This document shows, in pieces, positions 35,460 to 47,290 of a stretch of 60,000 nt of DNA (position 1 is its first letter; each line of letters starts with the position of its first letter). Source of the stretch: Mobula hypostoma (taxonomy: Eukaryota); assembly GCF_963921235.1 (NCBI RefSeq), contig NC_086109.1:11410001-11470000 (forward strand), read 5' to 3'. The notes under the pieces were generated by a model. That model worked only from the letters and a program-made list of their open reading frames with translations. It was not told the origin of the DNA and did not search any database. Position numbers and translations under genes: made by a program.

Positions 35460-36555
35460 AAGTTAGAAGGCATGGGATCCAGGGAAGTTTGGCAGGTGGA
35501 TTCAGAATTGGCTTGCCTGCAGAAGGCAGAGGTTGGTGGTGGAGAGAGTACATTCAGACTGGAGGATTGTGACTAGTGGTGTCCCACAAGGATCTGTTCT
35601 GTGACCTCTACTTTTCGTGATTTTTATTAACGACCTGGATGTGGGGGTAGAAGGGTGGGTTGGCAAGTTTGCAGACGACACAAAGGTTGGTGGTGTTGTA
35701 GATAGTGTAGAGGATTGTCAAAGATTGCAGAGAGACATTGATAGGATGCAGAAGTGGGCTGAGAAGTGGCAGATGGAGTTCAACCTGGAGAAGTGTGAAG
35801 TGGTACACTTTGGAAGGACAAACTCCCAGGCAGAGTACAAAGTAAATGGCAGGATACTCGATAGTGTGGAGGAGCAGAGGGATCTCGGGGTACATGTCCA
35901 CACATCCCTGAAAGTTGCCTCACAGGTGGATAGGGTAGTTAAGAAAGTTTATGGGGTGTTAGCTTTCATAAGTTGAGGGATAGAGTTTAAGAGTCGCAAT
36001 GTAATGATGCAGCTCTATAAAACTCTGGTTAGGCCACACTTGGAGTACTGTGTCCAGTTCTGGTTGCCTCACTAAGGAAGGATGTAGAAGCATTGGAAAG
36101 GGTACAGAGGAGATTTACCAGGATGCTGCCTGGTTTAGAAAGTATGCATTATGATCAGAGATTAAAGGAGCTAGGGCTTTACTTTTTGGAGAGAAGGAGG
36201 ATGAGAGGAGACATGATAGAGGTGTACAAGATAATAAGAGGAATAGATAGAGTGGATAGCCAGCGCCTCTTCCCCAGGGCACCACTGCTCAATACAAAAG
36301 GAGATGGCTTTAAGGTAAGGGGTGGGAAGTTCAAGGGGGATATTAGAGGAAAGTTTTTTACTCAGAGAGTGGTTGGTGTGTGGAATGCACTGCCTGAGTC
36401 AGTGGTGGAGGCAGATACACTAGTGAAGTTTAAGAGACTACTAGACAGGTATATGGAGGAATTTAAGGTGGGGGCTTATATGGGAGGCAGGGTTTGAGGG
36501 TTGGCACAACATTGTGGGCCGAAGGGTCTGTACTGTGCTGTACTTTTCTATGTTC
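35460..36555 (+). mobile_element. CR1 3' fragment
   Basis: [22 protein letters not shown]; ttctatgt tail. Confidence 0.92.
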
Positions 36556-36597
36556 CAACTCTAGTCCACCCGCAGGTCATTTTACAATGATCAATTA

Positions 36598-37245
36598 GAT
36601 TAGATTAGATTATGAGGACACGCAGTGCTCTTTTACTGTCATTTAGTAATGCATGCATTAAGAAATGATACAATGTTTTTCCAGAATGATATCACAGAAA
36701 CTGATGACAAACCGACTTAAAAACTAACAAAAACCACATAATTATAACATATAGTTACAACAGAGCAAAGCAATACCGTAATTTGATAAGAACCGACCAT
36801 GGCATGGTAAAAGTCTCAAAGTCTCTCGAAAGTTCCATCATCTCACGCAGACGGTAAACCTCCATCGCCACCAACTTGCCGATGCACCATACTGGAAGCA
36901 TCTGACCACAGTCCGACTCTGAGTCCGTCTGAAAACTCTGAGCCTCCGACCAGCTCTCCGACACTGAGCGCCGAGCACCACCTCTGCCGAGCGCTTCGAC
37001 CCTGGCCCCGGCAACAGGCTATAGGCAAAGCCGAGGATTTGGGGCCTTCCCCTCCGGAGATTCTCGATCGCACAGTAGCAACGGCAGCGAAGCAGGCATT
37101 TCAGAAGTTTCTCCAGGTGTTCCTCCGTGCTTCTCACGTCTGTCTCCATCAAATTTGGATTGTGCATGGCCCCTTAGTTAGCACATACGATATTCATTCG
37201 GAACGGCTGCGTGCGCTACATCGCGCCGCCATCTTCACCCCCCTC
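36598..37245 (-). mobile_element. Non-autonomous ~650-bp retroposon with (AATCT)n tail
   Basis: Homologous to 47291-47969; AAGATGGCGGC near the 5' end; caatta duplication on both sides. Confidence 0.7.
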
Positions 37246-37378
37246 CAATTAACCTACTGACGTGCCTTTGGACTGTGCAAGGAAACCGGAGCACCCAGAG
37301 GAAAGCCATGGGGCACACGGGGAGAACGTACAAACTCCTTACAGATAGCGCCATGCTGTAGTAGCTACACTACTGTGC
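37246..37378 (-). mobile_element. V-SINE 5' part (tail probably at 35394-35459 and 36556-36597)
   Basis: V-domain reverse complement ggaaaccggagcaccc..ggggagaacgtacaaactccttacaga. Confidence 0.7.
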
Positions 37379-37562
37379 CTCTCTTTATGGCCACGCACCT
37401 TATTGTTTCCCTGCACTGCACTTCCTCTGTCACTGTAACACTTTATTCTGCATTCTGTTATTGCTTCTCCCTTTGTGCTACCACAATGTTCCAATGTAAT
37501 GAAATGATCTGTATGGATGGCATGCAAAACAATGTATTTCACTGTACTTTGGTTATAGGCTA

Positions 37563-37975
37563 TAGGAGCAGATTTTGGCCATTTGGCCCATCAAGTCTGC
37601 TCTACCATTTCATCATGGCTGATCTATTTTTCCTCCCAGCCACAGTCTCCTGCCTTCTCCCCATATCCCTTCATGCCCTGACCAATCAAGAATTGGTCAA
37701 CCTCTGCCTTAAGTATACGGAAAGTCTTGGTTTCCACAACCACCTGTGGCAAAGGAATTCCAGAGATTCATCACTCTTAGGCTAAAGAAATTCCTTCTTA
37801 TCATTCTGAAAGGATGCCCCTCTATTCTGAGGCATTGTTCTCTGGTTATAGACTCTCCGACCATAGGAAACATCCTCTCCACATCCAGTCTATCGAGGCC
37901 TTTCAACATTTGATAGATTTCAATTAGGTCACCCCTTATTGTTCTGAATTTCAGTGAATATAGGTCCAGAGCCAT
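37563..37975 (-). mobile_element. CR1 3' fragment
   Basis: LYSLKFRTIRGDLIEIYQMLKG..RVMNLWNS. Confidence 0.85.
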
Positions 37976-38029
37976 CAAACACTCTTTCAGTGGGTGAACA
38001 GTGACCACAACTCCTTAACTTTTAAGCTA

Positions 38030-38462
38030 GCTATAGATAAAAATAGATGTGGTCTTTGTGGGAGGATTTTAGATTGGAGTAGGGCAAACTATGAGGGCAT
38101 TAGGCAGGAAGTAAGAAGCATTAATTGGGAACACCTTTTCTCTAGCAAGTCCACATCGGACATGTGAAGGGTGTTTAAAGATCAATTGCACAAAGTACAG
38201 GAAAGGTATGTTGCTGTTAGAAGGAAGGATGGGAATGGAAAGGTAAGAGAAACTTGGATGTCCAGAGAGGTGATGAATTTAGTCAATAAGAAAAAGGACA
38301 TATATATGTAAAGCTTTGGAAGTTAGGATCAAAAAAAGTGCACGAGAAGTATAAAGAAGTCAGAAAAGAACTAAACAAGAGAATTAGGAAATCCAGGAGG
38401 GGCCATGAAAAGTCCTTGGCAAGTAGGATTAAGGTGAATCTATACATGTATCAAGAGCAAGA
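38030..38462 (+). mobile_element. CR1 ORF2 linker fragment
   Basis: RANYEGIRQEVRSINWE..WMSREV..LASRIK resembles the endonuclease-RT linker. Confidence 0.7.
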
Positions 38463-38760
38463 GATTTCCGAAGATTTTCCTGTCCTTCACACTCCCATTT
38501 GAAATGTCCATCTTCTCCACAGTTATAACAGCAAATACTGGTTACCTCTCTGGTTAAGGGGCTCCGCTCAATAGCAGCCCTTGCCTTGGTATGGCCCACC
38601 AGTGGGTTAGGCTTCCTATCGGCCTTGTCATGCTTGGTGGCAGCACCAACCAATATCATCCAAAATAGCCTGGCCCTCAGATCTTTCACGGCATCCTGCA
38701 AAACCCCCGCTTCTGTGGCACCAGGGGTTGCTTTAGCAACAGAGGCTACTACCAAGGACT
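38463..38760 (-). pseudogene. Gypsy gag C-terminus with CCHC knuckle (PNMA-like)
   Basis: CYNCGEDGHFKWEC in ORF 38429..38755. Confidence 0.7.
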
Positions 38761-39229
38761 ATGCCTTGCTGATGCAGGATTTCAAGCGACATTTGGAAGG
38801 TGATGTGTGCTTTCACAGAGACTGAGGGTCCAGCGCATGAGTTAAAGATAACTTCAAGATGAGCTCCAACTTATGTGCTCATTTGACTATTTAATTATGA
38901 TGGCTCCTTTTTTTTTCTTTTCTCTAATAACTGTTTGGTTAGGACAACATTTGTAAATATACTTTCATTATAACTGTATGCAGCGTACGGTCTGTTATTT
39001 CTTGCTGATGAGCAATTGCATGTCAGCGGTAAGTTACACAGTTTTCGTACAGATCAAGGTTCAGATGGGCGAGACATCGCAACCTTGGGTTTGGCGGGAC
39101 CCAAGTCATATTGACCCTAGACGTATGGAGTCTGAGGATAGTGGTTTTCTCACTACTGCGTTTGGTAGCTGTGAGCAAGGGGCTAATGAGCCGCATCTCT
39201 GGAGATGCCCGATAAAAAGGGTTTCATTC

Positions 39230-39247
39230 TGGGGGCTCATCCGGGAT
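39230..39247 (+). promoter_or_regulatory. Primer-binding site, tRNA-Pro; LTR remnant immediately upstream (ends ..TTTCA at 39226)
   Basis: TGGGGGCTCATCCGGGAT, 17/18 match to TGGGGGCTCGTCCGGGAT. Confidence 0.85.
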
Positions 39248-39332
39248 TGATTTCATTGAAAATTGTGTAATTGCTCTAAGAATTGATCAAGTGGTTTTGT
39301 GTTTAAGCTGTGTTAAACTATTGTCTGGGAAA

Positions 39333-40345
39333 ATGGTTAAGATACAGGGTTATGGAAGCCGCAGGCTTAAGTATTGGTGCGATTCAAAGCGATTGCCCGT
39401 AGGTAATGCTTGTGTTTTGAGTGGGGTAGATATTTGCAGCTCAGATGAATTGTTGATTAGGGTATTAAGTACCATTAAATTATTAGGGAAAGCTATGATC
39501 ATGAAGCGGCAATTTGACCAAACAAAGGGGAAAGATGTGGTGTTAGTTCAGACACTAGTGCTGACGTAACAAGAGTGGATCTGCCTGTTACTGTTGGGGT
39601 CCCAGGAGGGATGGGACTATGGGCCATCCATACTTTCAGAGAAGGGTGGAGTGTAGGCAAGGTTGCTGAATTGGAAGTCAAGTTTCCCGTTGGTGAAGGT
39701 GGAGACTTTAAAGAAAAGTTGCTCTCGTTTCTGCAGAGTGAGGAGCAGGAGTTGTCTGATGTGAAATGTCTAATGAGTCCTTTAGTGGCTGATTTAAATT
39801 CTGAGCTTACGTTGGTTATTACTTCACTGGTTAACAAATGCAGAAGTGTATCTGCAGAGAGCCAAAGTTATTGTAGGCTGGCAGTGTCCTCTGTGGTCAA
39901 GCCCACACCCGATGGGGAAGAAGCCAGTGAGGCTTGGGCTGAGCAGACATCACTGTTACTGGATGAATGGCAGTGCTCAGATAATATGAAAAAACTAAGA
40001 CTAGTAGAGAGCTTAAAGGGGCCGGCAGTAGATATAGTGAGGTTCTTCAAGGCAGAAAATCCATTAGCCATGTTAGCTAATTATCTGCAAGTACTGGAAG
40101 ATGCTTTTGGCACTGCTGAAAGTGCAGCCAATCTCAGGATGAATTTTGGCACACATTTCAGGAGGAAGGAGAGAAGTTGAATGCCTAAATTTTCAGGTTG
40201 GAGAAGCTACTGCACTGTTTGTGCCACAAAGGGGGCATTCAGCTGCTTGAGAGACATTTCTTCTAACCCATGATATGATTGCTCTACATATTTGAATGAC
40301 CCACAAGATGCGCCCTCCTCCATCTTTTACCAAGATACTCAGAGA
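39333..40345 (+). pseudogene. gag: PNMA-like Gypsy gag
   Basis: N-terminal WC..NACVLSGV domain; capsid PTPDGEEASEAW, KKLRLVESLKGPA, YLQVLEDAFG; frameshifted. Confidence 0.82.
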
Positions 40346-40365
40346 GCAGGAAAACATATGGAGGA

Positions 40366-41958
40366 CCAATCCAGAAGCTTAAAATGCATGAGGTCCATGG
40401 CGAATTGTCTGTTTAGATTCAGAACTGGCTTGTGTATAGAGGACAGAGGGTAGTGGTTGAAGGGACTTGTTCGAGCTGGAGGTCTGTAGTTAATGGTGTT
40501 CCACAGGGATCTGTGCTGGGCCCTCTGCTGTTTGTGATGTATACAAATGAACTGCAAGAAAATGTAGATGTATGGGTTAGAAAGTTTGCTACCAAGATTG
40601 TTGGAGTTGTGGATAGTGTAGAGGACTGGCAAAAAATACAGCACAATATAGATTAGTTGCTGATATGGGCAGAGAAATGGCAGATGGAGTTTAACCCAGA
40701 TAAATGTGAGGTGTTGCAGCTTGGTAGGGCAAATGTAAGGAGACAGTATGCTGTTGAAGGCAAGATGCCTAACAGTGTTGCCGAGCAGAGAGATCTTGGG
40801 ATCCACCTTCATAGCTCCGTGAAAGTGATTACACAGGTTGATAAGGTTGTTAAGAAGGCTTATGGAATGCTTGCTTTTATTAGTCAAGGCACTGAGTTCA
40901 AAAGTTAAGAGGTTATGTTGCAGCTTTATAAAACTCTGGTGAAGCCACATCTGGAGTATTGCATACAGTTCTGGTTGCCCCACTATAAGAAGAATGTTGA
41001 GGCTTTGGAGAGGGTGCAGAAGAGGTTTACCAGCATGCTGCCTGGTTTGGAGGGTATGTGCTATCATGAGAGGCTGGATAAACTTAGGTTGTTTTCTCTG
41101 AAGTGCCGGAGGCTGAGGGGAGATCTGATAGACACTTAAGCCTGATTTATACTTCTGCATCAACTCGACGCCGTCACCTATGCAAGTGACCGACACACGT
41201 TGTGAGTATTTATACTTGTGCGTTGGTGTGTCTGCGTTGCTTTGCAATTCGGGTACATCGCACATCCGCACACACCTGCCTGTGCAAGGCTTCATGGTCA
41301 TGGTAGTCTTTCTCGGGGTAAGTAAATTTAATGGGAGTGTCTTTTTTCATAAAAGCGAAATGTCCCCTCCATAATTTCAGAGGTCTGTAAAGCTTGATGG
41401 AAAGCATTGCAGCCAGAGTTCCTTCCCTGCCCTTCAGTTGCCCAATGGGAAGCTATTGCAGCATAGGAGGAAATGTGATGCTACAAAGTGGACCAATCAC
41501 AGCTGTTGCGTTCTGTGTTGCCACGATACGTAGTTACATTTTGGGAGAGGTGTGCGTCAGGCTCTGGTGTAGGGATCCACATCGGGTTTGCGGCGACGCA
41601 GTACTTACAGCGTCGAGCTGACACAGAAGTATAAATCAGGCTTTAGATAGAAGGTCTATTTCCTATGGTAGAAATGCCTAATACTAAAGGGCATGCACTG
41701 AATGTGAGAGGGGGTAGGTTCAAGGGAGATGTGAGGGGTAAGTTTTCGACTCAAAGAGTCATGGATGCCTGGAATGTGCTGCCTGGGTATGGTGGTAGAG
41801 ACAAATACATTAGAAGCTGTTAGGAGATGTTTGGATAGGCACATGGATGTAAAGAGAACAGAGGGATATGGCATGGTGTAGGTAGGAGGGATTAGTGTTT
41901 GAGTGCTTTTGATTTGCTTCTTAGCTGGTTGTTCCTGTGCTGTACTGTTCTATGTTCT
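40366..41958 (+). mobile_element. CR1 3' fragment interrupted by a MITE
   Basis: [29 protein letters not shown]-like motif; ttctatgt tail. Confidence 0.9.
41139..41642. mobile_element. PIF/Harbinger-type MITE (504 bp)
   Basis: 33-bp TIR starting AGCCTGATTTATACTTCTG (3 mismatches); 3-bp TTA TSD. Confidence 0.88.
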
Positions 41959-43232
41959 ATGATGAGTCGCTCAATCCTAGAATAACTTTTGTGAACCTCC
42001 TTAGAACCCTCTCCAGTGACAGCACATCTTTTCTAAGATAACAGGCCCAAAACCTCTCATGATACTCCAAGTGAGGCCTCACCAGTGGTTTATAAAGCAT
42101 CAACATTATATCCTTGCTTTTATGTTCTAGTCCTCTTGAAATTAACATTGCATTTGCCTTCCTCACCACTGACTCAATCTGCAAATTAACCTTTAGGGGA
42201 TCCTGTACAATGACTCCCGAGTCCTTTTGCGCCTCAGATTTTGAATTTTCTTTCCATTTAGAAAATAGTCCTCCCTTTTATTTCTTCGACCAAAGTGCAT
42301 GACCATACACTTTCTGACAACGTATTTCATCTGCCGTTTCTTTGCCCATTCTCCTAATCTGTCTAAGTCCTTCTGTAGCCTCTATACTTCCTCAAAATTG
42401 CCTGCCCCTCCACCCATCTATGTATCATCTGCAAACTTTGCAACAAAGCCATAAATTCCATCATCTTAGTCATTGACAAATAATGTAAAAAAAATCTGTC
42501 CCAACACAGACCCCTGTGTAACACCACTAATCACTGGCAGCCAATCAGAAAAGGATCCCTTTTTTCCCACTTTTTGCCTCCTGCCAATCAGCCACTGCTT
42601 TATCCATGCTTTTTTTTTGTAATACCATGGGCTCTTAACTTGTTAAGCAGCCTCATGTGTGGCAAAGGGCTTCTGAAAATCCAAGTACGCAACATCAACT
42701 GATTCTCCCTTGCCTATCTTGCTTCTTATTTCTTCAAAGAAGTTCAACAGATTTGTCAGGCATGATTTTCCCTTGAGGAAACCATGCTAACTATGACCTG
42801 TTTTATCATGTGCCTCAAAGTACCCCGAAACCACACCCTTAACAATCGACTCTAACATCTTCCCAGCAACTGAGGTCAGACTGACGAGTATAATTTCCTT
42901 TCTTTTGCTTCTCTCTCTTCTTGAAGAGTGGAGTGACATCTACAATTTTTCAGTCTTCTGGAACCATTCCAGAATCAAGTGATTCTTGAAAGATTCTTGA
43001 ACGGCTTTCTGAGAGGCGGGACTGCGCAGGCGTGTGACGTAGGGCAGTGCAGCGCGGCAGATTTAAAAGGAACAGAGCCTCATAGAGCGGGCAGCGTAGT
43101 TTGCGGGCGGCGGAGTGAGCCGGGAGCAGAGTGAAGACTTAAGGGCTTCGGCTCACCGGGCTTAGGCGGAAGCGGGTGAGGCGAGGAAGGTTTGACATTC
43201 ATTTTCTGTTGCTATTTGAGGAGAGGGGCATT

Positions 43233-44168
43233 ATGACTGTGAGGGCAGTTTGCTGTTCTCGGTGTCGGATGTGGGAGGCCCTGGAGTCTCCAAGCCTCCC
43301 GGACGTCTACATCTGCGCCAAGTGCATCGAGATGCAGCTCCTAAGGGACCGCGTTACGGAACTGGAGCTGCAGCTCGATGACCTTCGTCTGGTCAGGGAG
43401 AGTGAGGAGGTGATAGAGAGGAGTGGAAGGCAGGTGGTCACGCCGGGGCCACGGGAGGCAGACAAGTGGGTCACGGTTAGGAGGGGGAAGGGGAAAAGGA
43501 AGGTGATGGGGAGTACCCCGGCGGCTGTGCCCCTTAACAACAGGTACTCCTGTTTGAGTACTGTTGGGGGGGACAGCTTACCCGGGGGAAGCGACAGTGG
43601 CCCTGCCTCCGGCACAGAGTCTGGCCCTGTAGCTCAGAAGGGTAGGGCAAGGAAGAGGAGGGCAGTTGTGATAGGGGACTCGATAGTAAGGGGGTCAGAT
43701 AGGCGATTCTGTGGACGCAGTCCAGAGACTCGGATGGTAGTTTGCCTCCCTGGTGCCAGGGTCCGGGATATTTCTGATCGTGTCCAAGATATCCTGAAGT
43801 GGGAGGGTGAAGAGCCAGAGGTCCTGGTACATATAGGTACCAATGACATAGGTAGGAAAAGGGATGAGGTCCTGAAAGAAGAATATAGGGAGCTAGGAAG
43901 GGAGTTGAGAAAAAGGACCGCAAAGGTAGTAATCTCGGGATTACTGCCTGTGCCACGCGACAGTGAGAGTAGGAATGCGATGAGGTGGAGGATAAATGCG
44001 TGGCTGAGGGATTGGAGCAGGGGGCAGGGATTCAAGTTTTTGGATCATTGGGACCTCTTTTGGCGCAGGTGTGACCTGTACAAAAAGGACGGGTTACACT
44101 TAAATCCTCGGGGGACCAATATCCTGGCAGGGAGATTAGCGGGGGCTACTGAGGTGACTTTAAACTAG
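43233..44168 (+). CDS. CR1 ORF1: C4 Zn finger/leucine zipper + SGNH esterase
   Basis: CSRC..CAKC, LELQLDDL, VIGDSIV, HIGTND, DGLHLN; ATG at 43233. Confidence 0.93.
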   Translation: MTVRAVCCSRCRMWEALESPSLPDVYICAKCIEMQLLRDRVTELELQLDDLRLVRESEEVIERSGRQVVTPGPREADKWVTVRRGKGKRKVMGSTPAAVPLNNRYSCLSTVGGDSLPGGSDSGPASGTESGPVAQKGRARKRRAVVIGDSIVRGSDRRFCGRSPETRMVVCLPGARVRDISDRVQDILKWEGEEPEVLVHIGTNDIGRKRDEVLKEEYRELGRELRKRTAKVVISGLLPVPRDSESRNAMRWRINAWLRDWSRGQGFKFLDHWDLFWRRCDLYKKDGLHLNPRGTNILAGRLAGATEVTLN

Positions 44169-44173
44169 AATGG

Positions 44174-47173
44174 TTGGGGGGTGGGAATCAAATTAAAGCG
44201 GCTAGGTGTGAGGAGGTTAGTTCACAACAGAGGGATGGGAACCAGTGCAGAGAGACAGAGGGGTGTAAAGTGAGCGTAGAAGCAAAAAGTACAAAGGGGA
44301 AAAGTAAAAGTGGCAGGCCGACAAATCCAGGGCAAGCATTAAAAAGGGCTAAGAGAGTTGTAAAAGAGTGCCTGAAGGCTTTATGTGTCAATGCAAGGAG
44401 CATTCGTAATAAGGTGGATGAATTGAAAGTGCAGATTGTTATTAATGATTATGATATAGTTGGGATCACAGAGACATGGCTCCAGGGTGACCAGGGATGG
44501 GAGCTCAACGTTCAGGGATATTCAATATTCAGGAGGGATAGACACGAAGGAAGGGGAGGTGGGGTGGCGTTGCTGGTTAAAAAAGAGATTAACGCAATAG
44601 AAAGGAAGGACATAAGCCGGGAAGATGTGGAATCGATATGGGTAGAGCTGCGTAACACTAAGGGGCAGAAGACGCTGGTGGGAGTTGTGTACAGGCCACC
44701 TAACAGTAGTAGTGAGGTCGGAGATGGTATTAAACAGGAAATTAGAAATGTGTGCAATAAAGGAACAGCAGTTATAATGGGTGACTTCAATCTACATGTA
44801 GACTGGGTGAACCAAATTGGTAAAGGTGCTGAGGAAGAGGATTTCTTGGAATGTATGCGGGATGGTTTTTTGAACCAACATGTCGAGGAACCGACTAGAG
44901 AGCAGGCTATTCTGGACTGGGTTTTGAGCAATGAGGAAGGGTTAATTAGCGATCTTGTCGTGAGAGGCCCCTTGGGTAAGAGTGACCATAATATGGTGGA
45001 ATTCTTCATTAACATGGAGAGTGACGTAGTTAATTCAGAAACAAAGGTTCTGAACTTAAAGAGGGGTAACTTTGAAGGTATGAGACATGAATTAGCTAAG
45101 ATAGACTGGCAAATGACACTTCAAGGATTGACGGTGGATATGCAATGGCAGGCATTTAAAGGTTGCATGGATGAACTACAACAATTGTTCATCCCAGTTT
45201 GGCAAAAGAATAAATCAAGGAAGGTAGTGCACCCGTGGCTGACAAGAGAAATTAGGGATAGTATCAATTCCAAAGAAGTAGCATACAAATTAGCCAGAGA
45301 AAGTGGCTCACCTGAGGACTGGGAGAAATTCAGAGTTCAGCAGAGGAGGACAAAGGGCTTAATTAGGAAGGGGAAAAAAGATTATGAGAGAAAACTGGCA
45401 GAGAACATAAAAACGGACTGTAAAAGCTTTTATAGATATGTAAAAAGGAAAAGACTGATAAAGACAAATGTAGGTCCCCTGCAAACAGAAACAGGTGAAT
45501 TGATTATGGGGAGCAAGGACATGGCAGACCAATTGAATAATTACTTTGGTTCTGTCTTCACTAAGGAGGACATAAATAATCTTCCAGAAATAGTAAGGGA
45601 CAGAGGGTCCAGTGAGATGGAGGAACTGAGCGAAATACATGTTAGTAGGGAAGTGGTGTTAGGTAAATTGAAGGGATTGAAGGCAGATAAATCCCCAGGG
45701 CCAGATGGTCTGCATCCCAGAGTGCTTAAGGAAGTGGCCCAAGAAATAGTGGATGCATTAGTGATAATTTTTCAAAACTCGTTAGATTCTGGACTAGTTC
45801 CTGAGGATTGGAGGGTGGCTAATGTAACCCCACTTTTTAAAAAAGGAGGGAGAGAGAAACCGGGGAATTATAGGCCGGTTAGCCTAACGTCGGTGGTGGG
45901 GAAACTGCTGGAGTCAGTTATCAAGGATGTGATAACAGCACATTTGGAAAGCGGTGAAATGATCGGACAAAGTCAGCATGGATTTGTGAAAGGAAAATCA
46001 TGTCTGACGAATCTCATAGAATTTTTTGAGGATGTAACTAGTAGAGTGGATAGGGGAGAACCAGTGGATGTGGTATATTTGGATTTTCAAAAGGCTTTTG
46101 ACAAGGTCCCACATAGGAGATTAGTGTGCAAACTTAAAGCACACGGTATTGGGGGTAAGGTATTGGTGTGGGTGGAGAATTGGTTAGCAGACAGGAAGCA
46201 AAGAGTGGGAATAAACGGGACCTTTTCAGAATGGCAGGCGGTGACTAGTGGGGTACCGCAAGGCTCAGTGCTGGGACCCCAGTTGTTTACAATATATATT
46301 AATGACTTGGATGAGGGAATTAAATGCAGCATCTCCAAGTTTGCGGATGACACGAAGCTGGGTGGCAGTGTTAGCAGTGAGGAGGATGCTAAGAGGATGC
46401 AGGGTGACTTGGATAGGTTGGGTGAGTGGGCAAACTCATGGCAGATGCAATTTAATGTGGATAAATGTGAAGTTATCCACTTTGGTGGCAAAAATAGGAA
46501 AACAGATTATTATCTGAATGGTGGCCGATTAGGAAAAGGGGAGGTGCAACGAGACCTGGGTGTCATTATACACCAGTCATTGAAAGTGGGCATGCAGGTA
46601 CAGCAGGCGGTGAAAAAGGCGAACGGTATGCTGGCATTTATAGCGAGAGGATTCGAGTACAGGAGCAGGGAGGTACTACTGCAGTTGTACAAGGCCTTGG
46701 TGAGACCACACCTGGAGTATTGTGTGCAGTTTTGGTCCCCTAATCTGAGGAAAGACATCTTTGCCATAGAGGGAGTACAAAGAAGGTTCACCAGATTGAT
46801 TCCTGGGATGGCAGGTCTTTCATATGAAGAAAGACTGGATGAACTGGGCTTGTACTCGTTGGAATTTAGAAGATTGAGGGGGGATCTGATTGAAACGTAT
46901 AAGATCCTAAAGGGATTGGACAGGCTAGATGCAGGAAGATTGTTCCCGATGTTGGGGAGGTCTAGAACGAGGGGTCACAGTTTGAGGATAGAGGGGAAGC
47001 CTTTTAGGACCGAGGTTAGGAAAAACTTCTTCACACAGAGAGTGGTGAATCTGTGGAATTCTCTGCCACAGCAAACTGTTGAGGCCAGTTCATTAGCTAT
47101 GTTTAAAAGGAAGTTAGATATGGCCCTTGTGGCTACAGGGGTCAGGGGGTATGGAGGGAAGGCTGGGTTCTGA
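44174..47173 (+). CDS. CR1 ORF2: APE endonuclease + reverse transcriptase (no ATG start)
   Basis: 999 open codons: NARS, ITETW, YRPP, GDFN, SDH, DFQKAFDKV, GVPQGS, FADD. Confidence 0.95.
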   Translation: MGGGNQIKAARCEEVSSQQRDGNQCRETEGCKVSVEAKSTKGKSKSGRPTNPGQALKRAKRVVKECLKALCVNARSIRNKVDELKVQIVINDYDIVGITETWLQGDQGWELNVQGYSIFRRDRHEGRGGGVALLVKKEINAIERKDISREDVESIWVELRNTKGQKTLVGVVYRPPNSSSEVGDGIKQEIRNVCNKGTAVIMGDFNLHVDWVNQIGKGAEEEDFLECMRDGFLNQHVEEPTREQAILDWVLSNEEGLISDLVVRGPLGKSDHNMVEFFINMESDVVNSETKVLNLKRGNFEGMRHELAKIDWQMTLQGLTVDMQWQAFKGCMDELQQLFIPVWQKNKSRKVVHPWLTREIRDSINSKEVAYKLARESGSPEDWEKFRVQQRRTKGLIRKGKKDYERKLAENIKTDCKSFYRYVKRKRLIKTNVGPLQTETGELIMGSKDMADQLNNYFGSVFTKEDINNLPEIVRDRGSSEMEELSEIHVSREVVLGKLKGLKADKSPGPDGLHPRVLKEVAQEIVDALVIIFQNSLDSGLVPEDWRVANVTPLFKKGGREKPGNYRPVSLTSVVGKLLESVIKDVITAHLESGEMIGQSQHGFVKGKSCLTNLIEFFEDVTSRVDRGEPVDVVYLDFQKAFDKVPHRRLVCKLKAHGIGGKVLVWVENWLADRKQRVGINGTFSEWQAVTSGVPQGSVLGPQLFTIYINDLDEGIKCSISKFADDTKLGGSVSSEEDAKRMQGDLDRLGEWANSWQMQFNVDKCEVIHFGGKNRKTDYYLNGGRLGKGEVQRDLGVIIHQSLKVGMQVQQAVKKANGMLAFIARGFEYRSREVLLQLYKALVRPHLEYCVQFWSPNLRKDIFAIEGVQRRFTRLIPGMAGLSYEERLDELGLYSLEFRRLRGDLIETYKILKGLDRLDAGRLFPMLGRSRTRGHSLRIEGKPFRTEVRKNFFTQRVVNLWNSLPQQTVEASSLAMFKRKLDMALVATGVRGYGGKAGF

Positions 47174-47290
47174 GTTGGATGATCAGCCATGATCATAATA
47201 AATGGCGGTGCAGGCTCGAAGGGCCGAATGGCCTACTCCTGCACCTATTTTCTATGTTTCTATGTTTCTATAAGGTAAGGAGGAGGAGGA

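Larger units (their letters stand above)
43003..47270 (+). mobile_element. Full-length intact CR1 LINE
   Basis: CpG-rich 5' UTR, two uninterrupted ORFs, (tttctatg)n tail. Confidence 0.97.
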
